From the NCBI GenBank assembly GCA_003142475.1, contig PLMK01000042.1, positions 131,586-195,585 of the forward strand: 64,000 nucleotides of DNA, read 5' to 3'. This document shows, piece after piece, positions 19,000 through 28,695 of the stretch. Source of the stretch: Ignavibacteriota bacterium (GTDB lineage Bacteria; Bacteroidota; Ignavibacteria; UBA10030). Position 1 is the first letter of the stretch. The number at the start of each line of letters is the position of its first letter. The notes beneath the pieces were generated by a model. The model saw nothing but the letters and a program-made list of their open reading frames with translations, had not been told where the DNA came from and did not search any database. A program made the position numbers and the translations under genes.

Positions 19000-21315
19000 T
19001 CAATAGGTTTTACTCAAGAATCCGATACCAATAAGCGCAGGGCTAAGAATGAGAACAAGAAAAACTGCGGTACCCTGGATTCCTAACACCGGCAGTAGCA
19101 CAGAACAAGTCGTTAGAGCGCCAATAGATGAACCGAACACATCAAACGCGTAAACACTTCCTACACTTAATGAACTGTGAAGATAAAATCGATTCACAAG
19201 TCCAAAAATCATTCCGATCAATCCGCCGCTGAATAACGTGACAAACAGTGTGATAGGAATCAGTCGTGCGAACAATAAGAAGTCAAATAATTTTGGCAAG
19301 AAAAGCACAACACCGATAAGCGCCATTAGAACTGCGAATAAGAGAGTCTTTTGTTCATATTTCTTGATAAGCCACGAAGCAACCAGCATACCCCCTACCA
19401 GACCAAGCATGTTTGCAGCGATCACAGCACCAACCATTTCATAAATTGAGCCGAATGCTTCCTGAAAGTTTATCAAGAAGAGAAGATTCAGCGCCATGCC
19501 AGTCATTCCACAGATAGTAATGATCGCGGCAAGTGTAGTTTGTTTTTGCTTCTCACGTTGTCTCCACCGTAAAAGAATAAGCAGTAAGATTAATCCAGAA
19601 CCAACACCGCCAGCAACGAAAATCCAAAAGCGTGTTATGTATAAAAAGAACCAATTGCTTCCCTGAAGGAATCGATTCCAAAGTAATAGATCAAAATAAT
19701 ATGTCACAGGATTATTGTCAGTATTAATTTGAACCTTCTTTGCAGTCTCCAAGGTATTTACAATAAACTTAATTCTGTCTGGCGGCATCAATTCTTCAAA
19801 CATATATTTGGAAAAGTATTCAGCAGAAATTCCGGTAGTGGTATAGCGCTGAGCGAGAGAATCTGGCTGTGAAATTAATAGTGTGGTGCTTGTTGTTCCG
19901 ATAAGTACCGCATGCGTCCCCGGAATAATCAATGTGTTAGTGAAGACGTTTCTAAATGTCTGGTAGATAGAAACATTCAAGTCTTTTAATTCATCCGCAA
20001 GATATTCGGTGGACGATGGAAATGAAAAAGCGAAAATACCGTTATCATTCAGGGATTGATAACATTGCCGAAAGAATTCTACTGTATAGAATCGATTCAA
20101 GCTTGCCGTTGATGGTTCACCAACATTCATTAAAATAACATCGAAGGAAGACATTTTACGATGCAGTAATTCTCGTCCATCCATATATATGATATGAACT
20201 CGCGAATCGTGCAGCGCCCGCTGATCTTGAATATTCATATTTGGTTCGACAAACGGAAGAAGAGCTGGATCGATCTCAACATATTCCACATCTTGAACTG
20301 GATACTTTAAAACTTCTCTCAACACTCCATTGAACCCTCCGCCTAAAATAAGCACGCGTTTCGCGTCGGTACGATGAATCATAATTGAATGCGTAAATAG
20401 TTCAGCATCGTACACATTTGGTATGTTATAGCCGGGTCGACCGTCAGCATATACGGTATGCTGGTTTTCCAGATACAAGAGAGAGAGATTCTGATATTTC
20501 GTATCGATAGAACGGACAAATGTCAACTTATCGTTGATAAACGACCACTGATAAGCATTGATTTTATATTCGAGCGAACGAATGGGCTGAAGTAGAACTG
20601 TAAACACGATGGCCATGCCGATTAAGTAAAGCGTCATTAGCCATTTCTTTTCGGAAGACATAATACACAACACTACACACCAAGCAATTATAACAATGAA
20701 AAAGACAATCTGCAGTGCTGAAAACAGTGCTGCAAAAACGAATGAAAACAATAATCCACCGACAACGCTTCCAAGCGATTCAAGCATATACGCTTTGTTC
20801 ACTCCAAACCAGAGTTCAACTTTTTCCGAAGTCAATAACTTCGCACCGAGCGTGAAAAGCAGTCCCCATAAAAAACAACCGACACTAAGAATAACAAATG
20901 AGAATCCAAGCAGGTCAAGCATAGAGAGAAATTCACCTGTAGGTGTGTGGAGAAATGCGCGGACAAATTTCACCAAGAGAATTTGCGCAAACGTTACGAG
21001 AGGCGTTATAGCAATAATAACAAGAAAGAGACGAGACACATTTCTATTATGTTTGACTATAATATTTCCGAATGCACTACCGAGACCAATCCACACCAAC
21101 CAGCAAGCGAAGATAATTCCAATGCTTAACTCATTGCCGTAGAAGCTGACAAGAAATTCCCGAACAAGAAGAATCTGCGAAAGGATTGAACCGAAGCCGA
21201 TATAAAAAAGAGATACCTGTTTTGAGTGGGAATAATTTGAATCTGTTTTAGAAATAAAAAGCTCAACGAATAGATTACTCCCGGGCTTTCGATTCATTTC
21301 ATTGAATGATGTCAT
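19000..21315 (-). CDS. Fused polytopic membrane protein / spermidine synthase-like aminopropyltransferase
   Basis: About 8 N-terminal TM helices, central SAM-MTase/spermidine synthase fold (VLILGGGFNGVLREVLKY, EIDPALL), further C-terminal TM helices. Confidence 0.75.
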   Translation of the reverse strand: MTSFNEMNRKPGSNLFVELFISKTDSNYSHSKQVSLFYIGFGSILSQILLVREFLVSFYGNELSIGIIFACWLVWIGLGSAFGNIIVKHNRNVSRLFLVIIAITPLVTFAQILLVKFVRAFLHTPTGEFLSMLDLLGFSFVILSVGCFLWGLLFTLGAKLLTSEKVELWFGVNKAYMLESLGSVVGGLLFSFVFAALFSALQIVFFIVIIAWCVVLCIMSSEKKWLMTLYLIGMAIVFTVLLQPIRSLEYKINAYQWSFINDKLTFVRSIDTKYQNLSLLYLENQHTVYADGRPGYNIPNVYDAELFTHSIMIHRTDAKRVLILGGGFNGVLREVLKYPVQDVEYVEIDPALLPFVEPNMNIQDQRALHDSRVHIIYMDGRELLHRKMSSFDVILMNVGEPSTASLNRFYTVEFFRQCYQSLNDNGIFAFSFPSSTEYLADELKDLNVSIYQTFRNVFTNTLIIPGTHAVLIGTTSTTLLISQPDSLAQRYTTTGISAEYFSKYMFEELMPPDRIKFIVNTLETAKKVQINTDNNPVTYYFDLLLWNRFLQGSNWFFLYITRFWIFVAGGVGSGLILLLILLRWRQREKQKQTTLAAIITICGMTGMALNLLFLINFQEAFGSIYEMVGAVIAANMLGLVGGMLVASWLIKKYEQKTLLFAVLMALIGVVLFLPKLFDFLLFARLIPITLFVTLFSGGLIGMIFGLVNRFYLHSSLSVGSVYAFDVFGSSIGALTTCSVLLPVLGIQGTAVFLVLILSPALIGIGFLSKTY

Positions 21316-21317
21316 TT

Positions 21318-22246
21318 CTACTTCTTATACACTGGCATACACCAATTGCGGTACTTTGTCACTCTGCCATACATGGCATCAAAAAATAGACCTCGTAATT
21401 TAAGTGTGAGCGGTCCCATTTTTCCATCAGCGATGAGGCGGTGATCGATCTTAGTAATAGAGGCAATCTGAACGCCGGTTCCACCAAAAAAGAGTTCATC
21501 CGCAAGAAATAATTCAGTCCGATCAATCGAGCGTTCCTGCACCTGCATCCCTAATTCATCTTGTATCAGTTGTATTAACGTACGGCGCACTATACCTTCT
21601 AAAATATTCTCGTTCACTGGCGGCGTTAGGAATACGCCGTTCTTCACTATAAAAATGTTTTCGGCAGAACCTTCGGAGACGTGGCCATTTTGGCTCAGGA
21701 CAATTGCCTCGTCAAATCCAGAAAGCTGCGCATCAGTTTTTTTGAGAGTGCCGAATTAACGTACGCACCGGTTATCTTGCCGCGTGCAGGAATCATATTA
21801 TCCTCCACACGCCACCAGGAGGAAATCGTTACGTGCGCACCTTCTTCCTGCTCTATATAACGTTCAAAAGGAACAGCAGCAATCGAGAGCCTCGGTGTAA
21901 GGTTATGCAAACGCACACCGATAATCTCATCGCCATAAAATGCCAGGGGGCGAATATAAATATTCTCGCGGAAATTCTGCTTTCGAATTAACTCAAGCGT
22001 CACTTCTGTCAAACTTTCTTTTGTGTACGGAAGCTCCATCCGAAGCAGCTTACTGGAATCGATAAAGCGCTTGTAATGATCGAGCGGCCGGAAGACAAAC
22101 ATTTGTTTCTCCTCGTTATTCCAGTACCCGCGGATGCCGCCAAATGTACCCGTACCGTAATTCAATCCATGCGTTAACACACCAACTTTTGCTTCTTTGT
22201 ATGGAACTATCTTGCCGTCGAAAAAGACTAATTCAGGTGTTGCCAT
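21318..22246 (-). pseudogene. ilvE: Branched-chain amino acid aminotransferase (class IV PLP enzyme) disrupted by a 1-nt frameshift in a T7/A7 homopolymer (or sequencing error)
   Basis: Two adjacent same-strand ORFs (21695..22282 and 21318..21647) together cover a full BCAT; shifting frame at the T-run 21737-21743 restores ...AYVNSALSKKTDAQLSGFDEAIVLSQNGHVSEGSAENIFIVKNG... Confidence 0.75.
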
Positions 22247-22437
22247 TTGTAAATCCTTTCTACTCAAAATAAAAACCATCACGGATAGTCTTCCTTGCCT
22301 GTTTGCCGCTTCGCTTTGTCAGGCTCACCTAAGTTTGAAGTGTCACTTAGACGCCATAGCTTCAGCGACGTAGCGCATTAGCGAGCAGGCGGAAGAACTT
22401 TATGGTTTTGATATATAAAAGATAAGAAAAACCCTGA

Positions 22438-23592
22438 TTAACACCAGACACCGGGAATTTTTTCTCCGCAGAACTTACACTTCCCTTTTACAATGTAATT
22501 GGTAAGGACGGTAAACGCGCTTCTCTCAACGATAATCTTCTTGCACTTGTAACAAATAGTGTTTTCTGCCCAATGACCTGCGACATTCCCTAAATAAATA
22601 TATTGTATCCCAGACTTCGCCGCAATATTGTATGCTTTTTCCAGCGTTGCGGTTGGTGTGGGGGGAAGTTGGCTGAGTTTGTAAAGCGGTGTAAACCGGC
22701 TGAAGTGCAGCGGTGCATCGAACAAACCGTTGGTGCATAGCCACTCGCACATTCGTTTGATTGTATCGAAGTTGTCTGTCCACGTTGGGATGACAAGATT
22801 GGTAATCTCCAACCAGACACCTTCTTCGCGCAGCACTTTCAACGTCCTGAGCACCGGTGCGAGTTTACCGGAACCGAGTGTTGCGTATGTTTCCTCATCG
22901 AAAACTTTCAAATCGATATTTGCCGCATCAAGCACCTTGCACAATTGCCGTAAAGGTTTTTCGTTGATGTATCCATTAGACTTCCACAGGTTGCAGATCT
23001 TTTTATCGCGTGCCAGCTTTGCTGTATCGTATGCGTATTCGTAAAATGTTGTCGGCTCGGAGTAAGTGTATGCAATAGATTCAGAATTGGAATTGACACA
23101 CGCTTTGACAACTTCTTCCGGCATCAAGTCAACATTATCGGATTCTTTAGGACTAACTTGTGAAATTTGCCAATTCTGACAATTGAGACACCGGAAATTA
23201 CATCCTGCAACGGCGATTGAGAATGCGTGTGTCGACGGCAAAAAATGGAAAAACGGTTTCTTCTCGATCGGATCGATATGCACAGCGCATGGATTGCCAT
23301 AAGCGATAGTATAAATTTTTCCGCTGCTCGCAACGCGATTTCTGCAAAAACCAACATCACCATCGTTCAACAAGCAACCCTGCGGACATTTTTCACACTG
23401 TAATCCATCAGCGGTCTTTGTATAAAAGAGCGCTTCCTTGCTGAACTTTCCTAAATCATTGTTCGATGTAAGTGAAAACCAATTTGTATTGAACGCGCCG
23501 ATAGCAAGTCCACCAGTACAAAAAGCGCACTGGCGGAGAAATTCACGTTTGGTAATGAAATGTGATTGTATAAATTCCTTTTTTAAATTCAT
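22438..23592 (-). CDS. amrS: AmmeMemoRadiSam system radical SAM enzyme, with Tat-like N-terminal signal
   Basis: CNFRCLNCQNW CxxxCxxC radical-SAM cluster motif; PFL-activase-like; C-terminal Cys pairs (CYKCKK...CKFCGEK); adjacent to MEMO1-AMMECR1 gene; N-terminus TKREFLRQ + hydrophobic stretch. Confidence 0.75.
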   Translation of the reverse strand: MNLKKEFIQSHFITKREFLRQCAFCTGGLAIGAFNTNWFSLTSNNDLGKFSKEALFYTKTADGLQCEKCPQGCLLNDGDVGFCRNRVASSGKIYTIAYGNPCAVHIDPIEKKPFFHFLPSTHAFSIAVAGCNFRCLNCQNWQISQVSPKESDNVDLMPEEVVKACVNSNSESIAYTYSEPTTFYEYAYDTAKLARDKKICNLWKSNGYINEKPLRQLCKVLDAANIDLKVFDEETYATLGSGKLAPVLRTLKVLREEGVWLEITNLVIPTWTDNFDTIKRMCEWLCTNGLFDAPLHFSRFTPLYKLSQLPPTPTATLEKAYNIAAKSGIQYIYLGNVAGHWAENTICYKCKKIIVERSAFTVLTNYIVKGKCKFCGEKIPGVWC

Positions 23593-23633
23593 AACAAAAT
23601 GTTATATCAAAACGATCAACAACGAACAACTGA

Positions 23634-25145
23634 TCACTTACTATTTCTCTTCTTTTCACCGAATACTAACGCTTCATATACATATAACTCAGCATCTTTC
23701 CATCCATTCCAGCCAATACCCGCTTTGTCCTGAGCACAATGACCCAGGAATTCTTCTTTCGTCCATCCAGTTTCAATTGCCACTTGCGGCAGGAATGTTC
23801 CGGAGCGAGATCCTTTTCGGATGTAGATACCGTGTTTGCCAAGTTCTATTTCATCGATTGAGCTGATTCGCCTCATTGGCGTAAGCACGGAGATTTCAAT
23901 TTCAAGTTGCGGAATTTCGTTCGATTCAACAGGTGGGAAGCGATAATCCTGTGTCGACGATGCAATTGCCATCTCCTGCACAACTTTGTATAGCGACTCG
24001 CTCGCATCGAATCTCCCAATGCATCCGCGCAAGTTGCCGTATTTTTTTAGAGTAACAAATGCACCGCAGTTTGTTTTCAATATCGATGACAAATTCTTCT
24101 CGTCTATTTCAGGTTTCGTGTTATTCTTCACATAACGCTCAACTGTGTTACGTGCAATCGCCAGCAGATCTTTCTTGTCTTTATCAGTAAGATTGAATTC
24201 CGATCGTCCCTTCTTCTCTTTCAATGAAACAGCAATTGCATTGTAGCCAACAACTCGGTTCTTCTCTCCATATTCCGTGTCACCGGAATTCTTGTATTGA
24301 ACATGTGTATACGTAACATCGGTATTGCTTTCGGTCATATAAAGAAGCGTTAGTACACTTGTCCAACCGCAAAGGCAGGTGGCAAGGTTGGAAAAACCCT
24401 TCTGCTCGTAATTCGCCATTGAGCGAATAAGATTTTCTGGTGAATTGGTGAGAATCGCATCGACGGTTGCTTTATCGATATTCTTTGCATCAGCGTATGA
24501 TGGATAGTGCGAGAAATCTGTACTGATGACAAAAAGATTCTTCGTGTTTAAGTATGGTCGAAGTGCTTCGGCAATACGCTTGCAGGTTTGAGGCGACTGC
24601 GTTCCAAGAATAATTGGCACAATTTTAAAATCCTTCTTCAATCGATATTGGAGAAAAGGAAGCTGTACTTCCAAACTGTGCTCACGGGCATGTGCATCTG
24701 TTCGATTGGAGAAGATACTGCTATTCTTGATAAGTTGATCTGCAAGCTCAGTGTTCACCTTCACTGTGCCAAGCGGCGTTATAAAATTGCCCTGCGAGTA
24801 AATCGATGCACCCTCAAAAGCGATGTAGTGACTTGAACCGAGGACGAAGATGTTCTCGTATTCTTTCGTCGTATCTATTTGGTTAATCGCCGATGCTGCA
24901 ACTTCCCCAGAAAAAACATATCCTGCATGTGGAGAAATGATTGCAATAATATTTTGAATATTTTTTGATGGGATAGCATTTGTGAAGAGCTGCTTCAATG
25001 TTGCATCGAGTTCTTCCTGCCTGGCGGGATAAAACGAACCTGCAACAGCGGGCTGCCGGTCGATTTTATTTTCTTGCGATTGGCAATCGGCGCATAAAAG
25101 CAGGGAGCAAGAAGCAAGGATTGTAATAGTCTTTGTCTTAAGCAT
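23634..25145 (-). CDS. amrB-amrA: Fusion protein: MEMO1-family (AmmeMemoRadiSam protein B) N-terminal domain + AMMECR1 (protein A) C-terminal domain, with lipoprotein-type signal peptide
   Basis: MEMO motifs AGSFYP and SPHAGYVFSG; AMMECR1 motif GAFVTLKKYGNLRGCIGRF; N-terminus MLKTKTITILASCSLLLC has a lipobox (LASC). Confidence 0.8.
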   Translation of the reverse strand: MLKTKTITILASCSLLLCADCQSQENKIDRQPAVAGSFYPARQEELDATLKQLFTNAIPSKNIQNIIAIISPHAGYVFSGEVAASAINQIDTTKEYENIFVLGSSHYIAFEGASIYSQGNFITPLGTVKVNTELADQLIKNSSIFSNRTDAHAREHSLEVQLPFLQYRLKKDFKIVPIILGTQSPQTCKRIAEALRPYLNTKNLFVISTDFSHYPSYADAKNIDKATVDAILTNSPENLIRSMANYEQKGFSNLATCLCGWTSVLTLLYMTESNTDVTYTHVQYKNSGDTEYGEKNRVVGYNAIAVSLKEKKGRSEFNLTDKDKKDLLAIARNTVERYVKNNTKPEIDEKNLSSILKTNCGAFVTLKKYGNLRGCIGRFDASESLYKVVQEMAIASSTQDYRFPPVESNEIPQLEIEISVLTPMRRISSIDEIELGKHGIYIRKGSRSGTFLPQVAIETGWTKEEFLGHCAQDKAGIGWNGWKDAELYVYEALVFGEKKRNSK

Positions 25146-25277
25146 AAGGCAAACCTTACATTGTCCGATAGAAACTTAGCGAGAAGAAGGAAGAGTTGCA
25201 AGCTGAGTTTGTCGAACGATAGAAATAAACACGCACATAAGCAATTATGTGGCGATCTATTTCTTCCTCTCTCTTAT

Positions 25278-26138
25278 TTAAAATGCAGATTTAGCTAATT
25301 GAACAGATAGCCATAATTCCATCTGTTTTGTTTTTTCTAAATTTCCGAAACGACCACCTTGATGTCCGCTGCCGCGGGATCTTCTACCTCCACCAATGCT
25401 GCCTTCTTCTGCAGGATTATCTTCGCCCACTCCTTCACTATGGTCGTGTCCACTTCCGACGCGCATGTCGCCTTTACTTTGTTCTGGTTTGAATTCACCT
25501 GTTTCGAATTCAATTCCGATGCGGTGATTTGAAATTGGTTCGATGGCAAATGGATGCTCAGAAGTTTTCTTTAATGGTACACGCAATTCATATACTAATG
25601 TCTCACGAGTGCGGCCAAGCTTCACTCGGATATCAGGTGCTTCTAACGCTGAGAACCGTTGAATATTTTCTTTCTTTGGACCAATAATTTCCATTTCAGG
25701 AAACTCTTGGTCAAGAAATAATTGAGGTTTTTCTTCGTTGCTATCAGGAGAAAATCCGGCATGTGTTCTTTGCCGGCTCATTGGATATTGGATACCAAAC
25801 GTCTGATTTCTTCCGTCTTCTCTATCAAACCAAACCGTTAAACCCTGTCGCATAATTTGCATTTGCGTGGATCGATTTTGAGTTTTTAGAAAAATGTAAA
25901 CATATTTATCATCGTTCCGCACACCATAGACCATATCGGATTCTTTATCGTAATATAATCCGCGCTGCCATTCAGAATCGCTGCCATCAATATTCATCTC
26001 GCCCTGCTGCCAATCACTGGCGAGTTTAAAACTACCGCTGCAGCCATTCAGCAGGATCAACACCACCAGCATCGCCAGTAAGGAAAGAGATGGTATGCAT
26101 ATGCACAGCCGTCGTTTTAACATTGTTGTGTTCATCAT
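25278..26138 (-). CDS. Hypothetical lipoprotein with Gly/His/Arg-rich C-terminal tail
   Basis: Signal peptide with lipobox (LLNGC); C-terminus GSGHDHSEGVGEDNPAEEGSIGGGRRSRGSGHQGGRFGN. Confidence 0.45.
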   Translation of the reverse strand: MMNTTMLKRRLCICIPSLSLLAMLVVLILLNGCSGSFKLASDWQQGEMNIDGSDSEWQRGLYYDKESDMVYGVRNDDKYVYIFLKTQNRSTQMQIMRQGLTVWFDREDGRNQTFGIQYPMSRQRTHAGFSPDSNEEKPQLFLDQEFPEMEIIGPKKENIQRFSALEAPDIRVKLGRTRETLVYELRVPLKKTSEHPFAIEPISNHRIGIEFETGEFKPEQSKGDMRVGSGHDHSEGVGEDNPAEEGSIGGGRRSRGSGHQGGRFGNLEKTKQMELWLSVQLAKSAF

Positions 26139-26348
26139 TCTTCCATTTGCTATGTGACAATATCTTTGCTCGTCGATAAATTACATAAATTTGACGAATG
26201 ATAAATGCCTTAGTTTCATAAATGTAATAATTTATATTAAGTTATTGGTATAAAATTTATTTTGTGAAACGTCTGTTTCACTAATTGAGTTCATGGAAAA
26301 AGAATACTACATTTTCTTTAGGAACGACATTCATAAGGAATTAAAAAA

Positions 26349-27122
26349 ATGACATCACTCACTAATACTGTTGTTTTCATCACCGGTGCTAGCAGCGGCA
26401 TTGGCCGTTCGTGTGCACGCACATTTGCTGAAGCCGGCGCAAAACTCATTCTCGCCGCTCGCCGCAAAAACCGATTGGAAAAACTCGCAGCAGACTTAAA
26501 AAAACAATTCAATACCGAAACATTTATTGACGAATTAGACGTACGTGACAACCGTGCTGTAGCAAAGTTTTATAAAAATCTTCCTGTGGAATGGCGGAAT
26601 ATAGACATTCTCGTCAACAATGCCGGACTAAGCCGCGGACTAGATAAGTTATATGAGGGAAAATTTGAAGACTGGGATGAAATGATCGACACGAACGTAA
26701 AGGGGCTGCTCTACGTCAGCCGTACAGTGCTTCCCGGAATGGTAAAGCGTAAGAAAGGCACAGTCATCAACATCGGTTCCATTGCCGGGCATGATGTGTA
26801 CACATGCGGAAATGTGTATTGCGCAACCAAGCATGCCGTCGATGCTCTTACCAAAGGAATGCGGATGGATTTAGTTGATACACCGATTCGCGTATGCACA
26901 GTTGATCCCGGATTAGTGGAAACGGAATTCAGCGAAGTGCGCTTTCACGGCGACAAGGAACGCGCAAAAAAAACATATCAGAACATGACGCCGCTAACAC
27001 CCGACGATATCGCAGACGCCGTTTTATTCGCAGCTACACGTCCACCGCACGTACAAATTGCAGAGTTAATTATTATGCCGACCGCGCAAGCTTCAACAAC
27101 GCTTGTGCATCGCACACAGTGA
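26349..27122 (+). CDS. SDR family NADP-dependent oxidoreductase (YdfG/serine 3-dehydrogenase-like)
   Basis: TGASSGIG cofactor motif, NNAG, catalytic YCATK. Confidence 0.85.
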   Translation: MTSLTNTVVFITGASSGIGRSCARTFAEAGAKLILAARRKNRLEKLAADLKKQFNTETFIDELDVRDNRAVAKFYKNLPVEWRNIDILVNNAGLSRGLDKLYEGKFEDWDEMIDTNVKGLLYVSRTVLPGMVKRKKGTVINIGSIAGHDVYTCGNVYCATKHAVDALTKGMRMDLVDTPIRVCTVDPGLVETEFSEVRFHGDKERAKKTYQNMTPLTPDDIADAVLFAATRPPHVQIAELIIMPTAQASTTLVHRTQ

Positions 27123-27235
27123 CATACTGGAAGTTATCTTGGATGCGACAAAAAAAATATGGAGGCAGGTGTCGACTACGCTTATCCGACTTACATTATT
27201 TTTAAGAAGCTTATATACAAGAGAATTTACTGTCT

Positions 27236-27865
27236 CTACTGAATGATTTTATGTTTATACGCATATTTGACCAATTCGATGTTTGACTTTGCATGAAGTT
27301 TAGCCAGCACGCGTTTGCGGTAGGAGTTGATTGTATTAATTGAAACCTTATACTCCCCGGCAATTTCTTTGGAACTTTTTCCTTCTGCTAATCCTCGTAA
27401 CACTTCGAATTCGCGATCGGACAAATCATGATGTTTTGGCTTTTCTATAGTCTCATCGATAAGATCTGGAAGTTCTTGCTGAACTTCCGGGCTGAAATAT
27501 TTCATACCTCGAGTAACTGTTCGTACTGCTTTGATTAATTCTTCTCCCGGTTCGGATTTTGTTAAGTAGCCGGATGCTCCCGCCTGCAATACTCTGCGCG
27601 CATACTGCGACACAGGAACCATGCTCAAAACCAATACCGGCACTTTCGATTCGATAGATCTAATCGAACTAAGAATTTCAAGTCCCCCTTTTCCCTGAAG
27701 ATTGATATCGAGAACAATGATATCCCACTTATTATTTTTTATTTGCTCCATGGCATCTTCATAAGTTCCTGCCAGCGCGAGTTTTGTAATTTCGAAATTG
27801 TCGGTCAAAATGTGACCAACACCTTCACGCGTAAATTCATGATCATCGACAACAAGCGCTCTCAA
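27236..27865 (-). CDS. Two-component response regulator, NarL/FixJ (LuxR-HTH) family
   Basis: TTG start; receiver domain with VVDDH...D (DINL); C-terminal LuxR-type HTH (LSDREFEVLRGLAEGKSSKEIA). Confidence 0.85.
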   Translation of the reverse strand: MRALVVDDHEFTREGVGHILTDNFEITKLALAGTYEDAMEQIKNNKWDIIVLDINLQGKGGLEILSSIRSIESKVPVLVLSMVPVSQYARRVLQAGASGYLTKSEPGEELIKAVRTVTRGMKYFSPEVQQELPDLIDETIEKPKHHDLSDREFEVLRGLAEGKSSKEIAGEYKVSINTINSYRKRVLAKLHAKSNIELVKYAYKHKIIQ

Positions 27866-28695
27866 AGTGAGTCACCTCCCGCCTTTGCCACATTTGCCTC
27901 GTTTAATTGATTTCCGCCATGGATCGGAGCGCTTAAAATAACGCATGTGCCTTTTCCGGGATTGCTTGTGATTGCAATTTTTCCTCCTAACATCCGGGCG
28001 CGTTCCTGCATGCTCAAAATTCCTAATGATTCAGGATGGGCGATCATCGCCTGGTCAATGCCCTTACCATTGTCTGCAATCTCCACTCGAAGTTCACCAT
28101 CGTTCAATTGCATTGCAACTTCAGCACGCGTTGCCCCTGAATGACGGGCAACATTGGTCAATGCTTCCTGAATGATTCTATAAACTCCGGTTGCCACCGC
28201 ATCATCCAAGGATGGAAGCTTATTTATTTCTTTAAGTTTTACTTCGATTGATGTTCGCTTTGTGAATTCACGCGTATGCCATTCTACCGCCGCTTCCAAT
28301 CCGACTGTATCTAAAATTTTCGGCCGCAATCCGGAAGAGATTCTCTGGACTGTTTTCGTTGTTGTATCCACCATTGCCCGAATAGTTTGGAACCGTTCTT
28401 TTACGACACTTTTCATTGCCGTATGTTTCCCTAACCAGAGCAAATCATACTTGATACCAGTGAGAGCGCCGCCGAGTTCATCGTGCAGTTCGCGGGCAAT
28501 TTGTTTTTGTTCTTCCTCCCGTGCCGATTGAAGTTTTTCTGAAAATATTTGCATTTGGCGGATTCGTTCACGTTGAGCGGCTTCGATTTTGCGATGACTG
28601 CGCACCATCATTATTACAAAAAATAAAAACAGCCCAAGCACTACCGTGGTAACACTGAAAATTGCTGTAAGTATTATGTTCGAGTCTGAGGACAC
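27862..28695 (-). CDS. Sensor histidine kinase (HisKA_3 + HATPase_c) with a single N-terminal TM helix
   Basis: GTG start; H-box ELHDELGGALT, ATPase G-boxes DNGKGI / GLGILSMQERA; 4-nt overlap with the response regulator gene. Confidence 0.8.
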   Translation of the reverse strand: MSSDSNIILTAIFSVTTVVLGLFLFFVIMMVRSHRKIEAAQRERIRQMQIFSEKLQSAREEEQKQIARELHDELGGALTGIKYDLLWLGKHTAMKSVVKERFQTIRAMVDTTTKTVQRISSGLRPKILDTVGLEAAVEWHTREFTKRTSIEVKLKEINKLPSLDDAVATGVYRIIQEALTNVARHSGATRAEVAMQLNDGELRVEIADNGKGIDQAMIAHPESLGILSMQERARMLGGKIAITSNPGKGTCVILSAPIHGGNQLNEANVAKAGGDSL

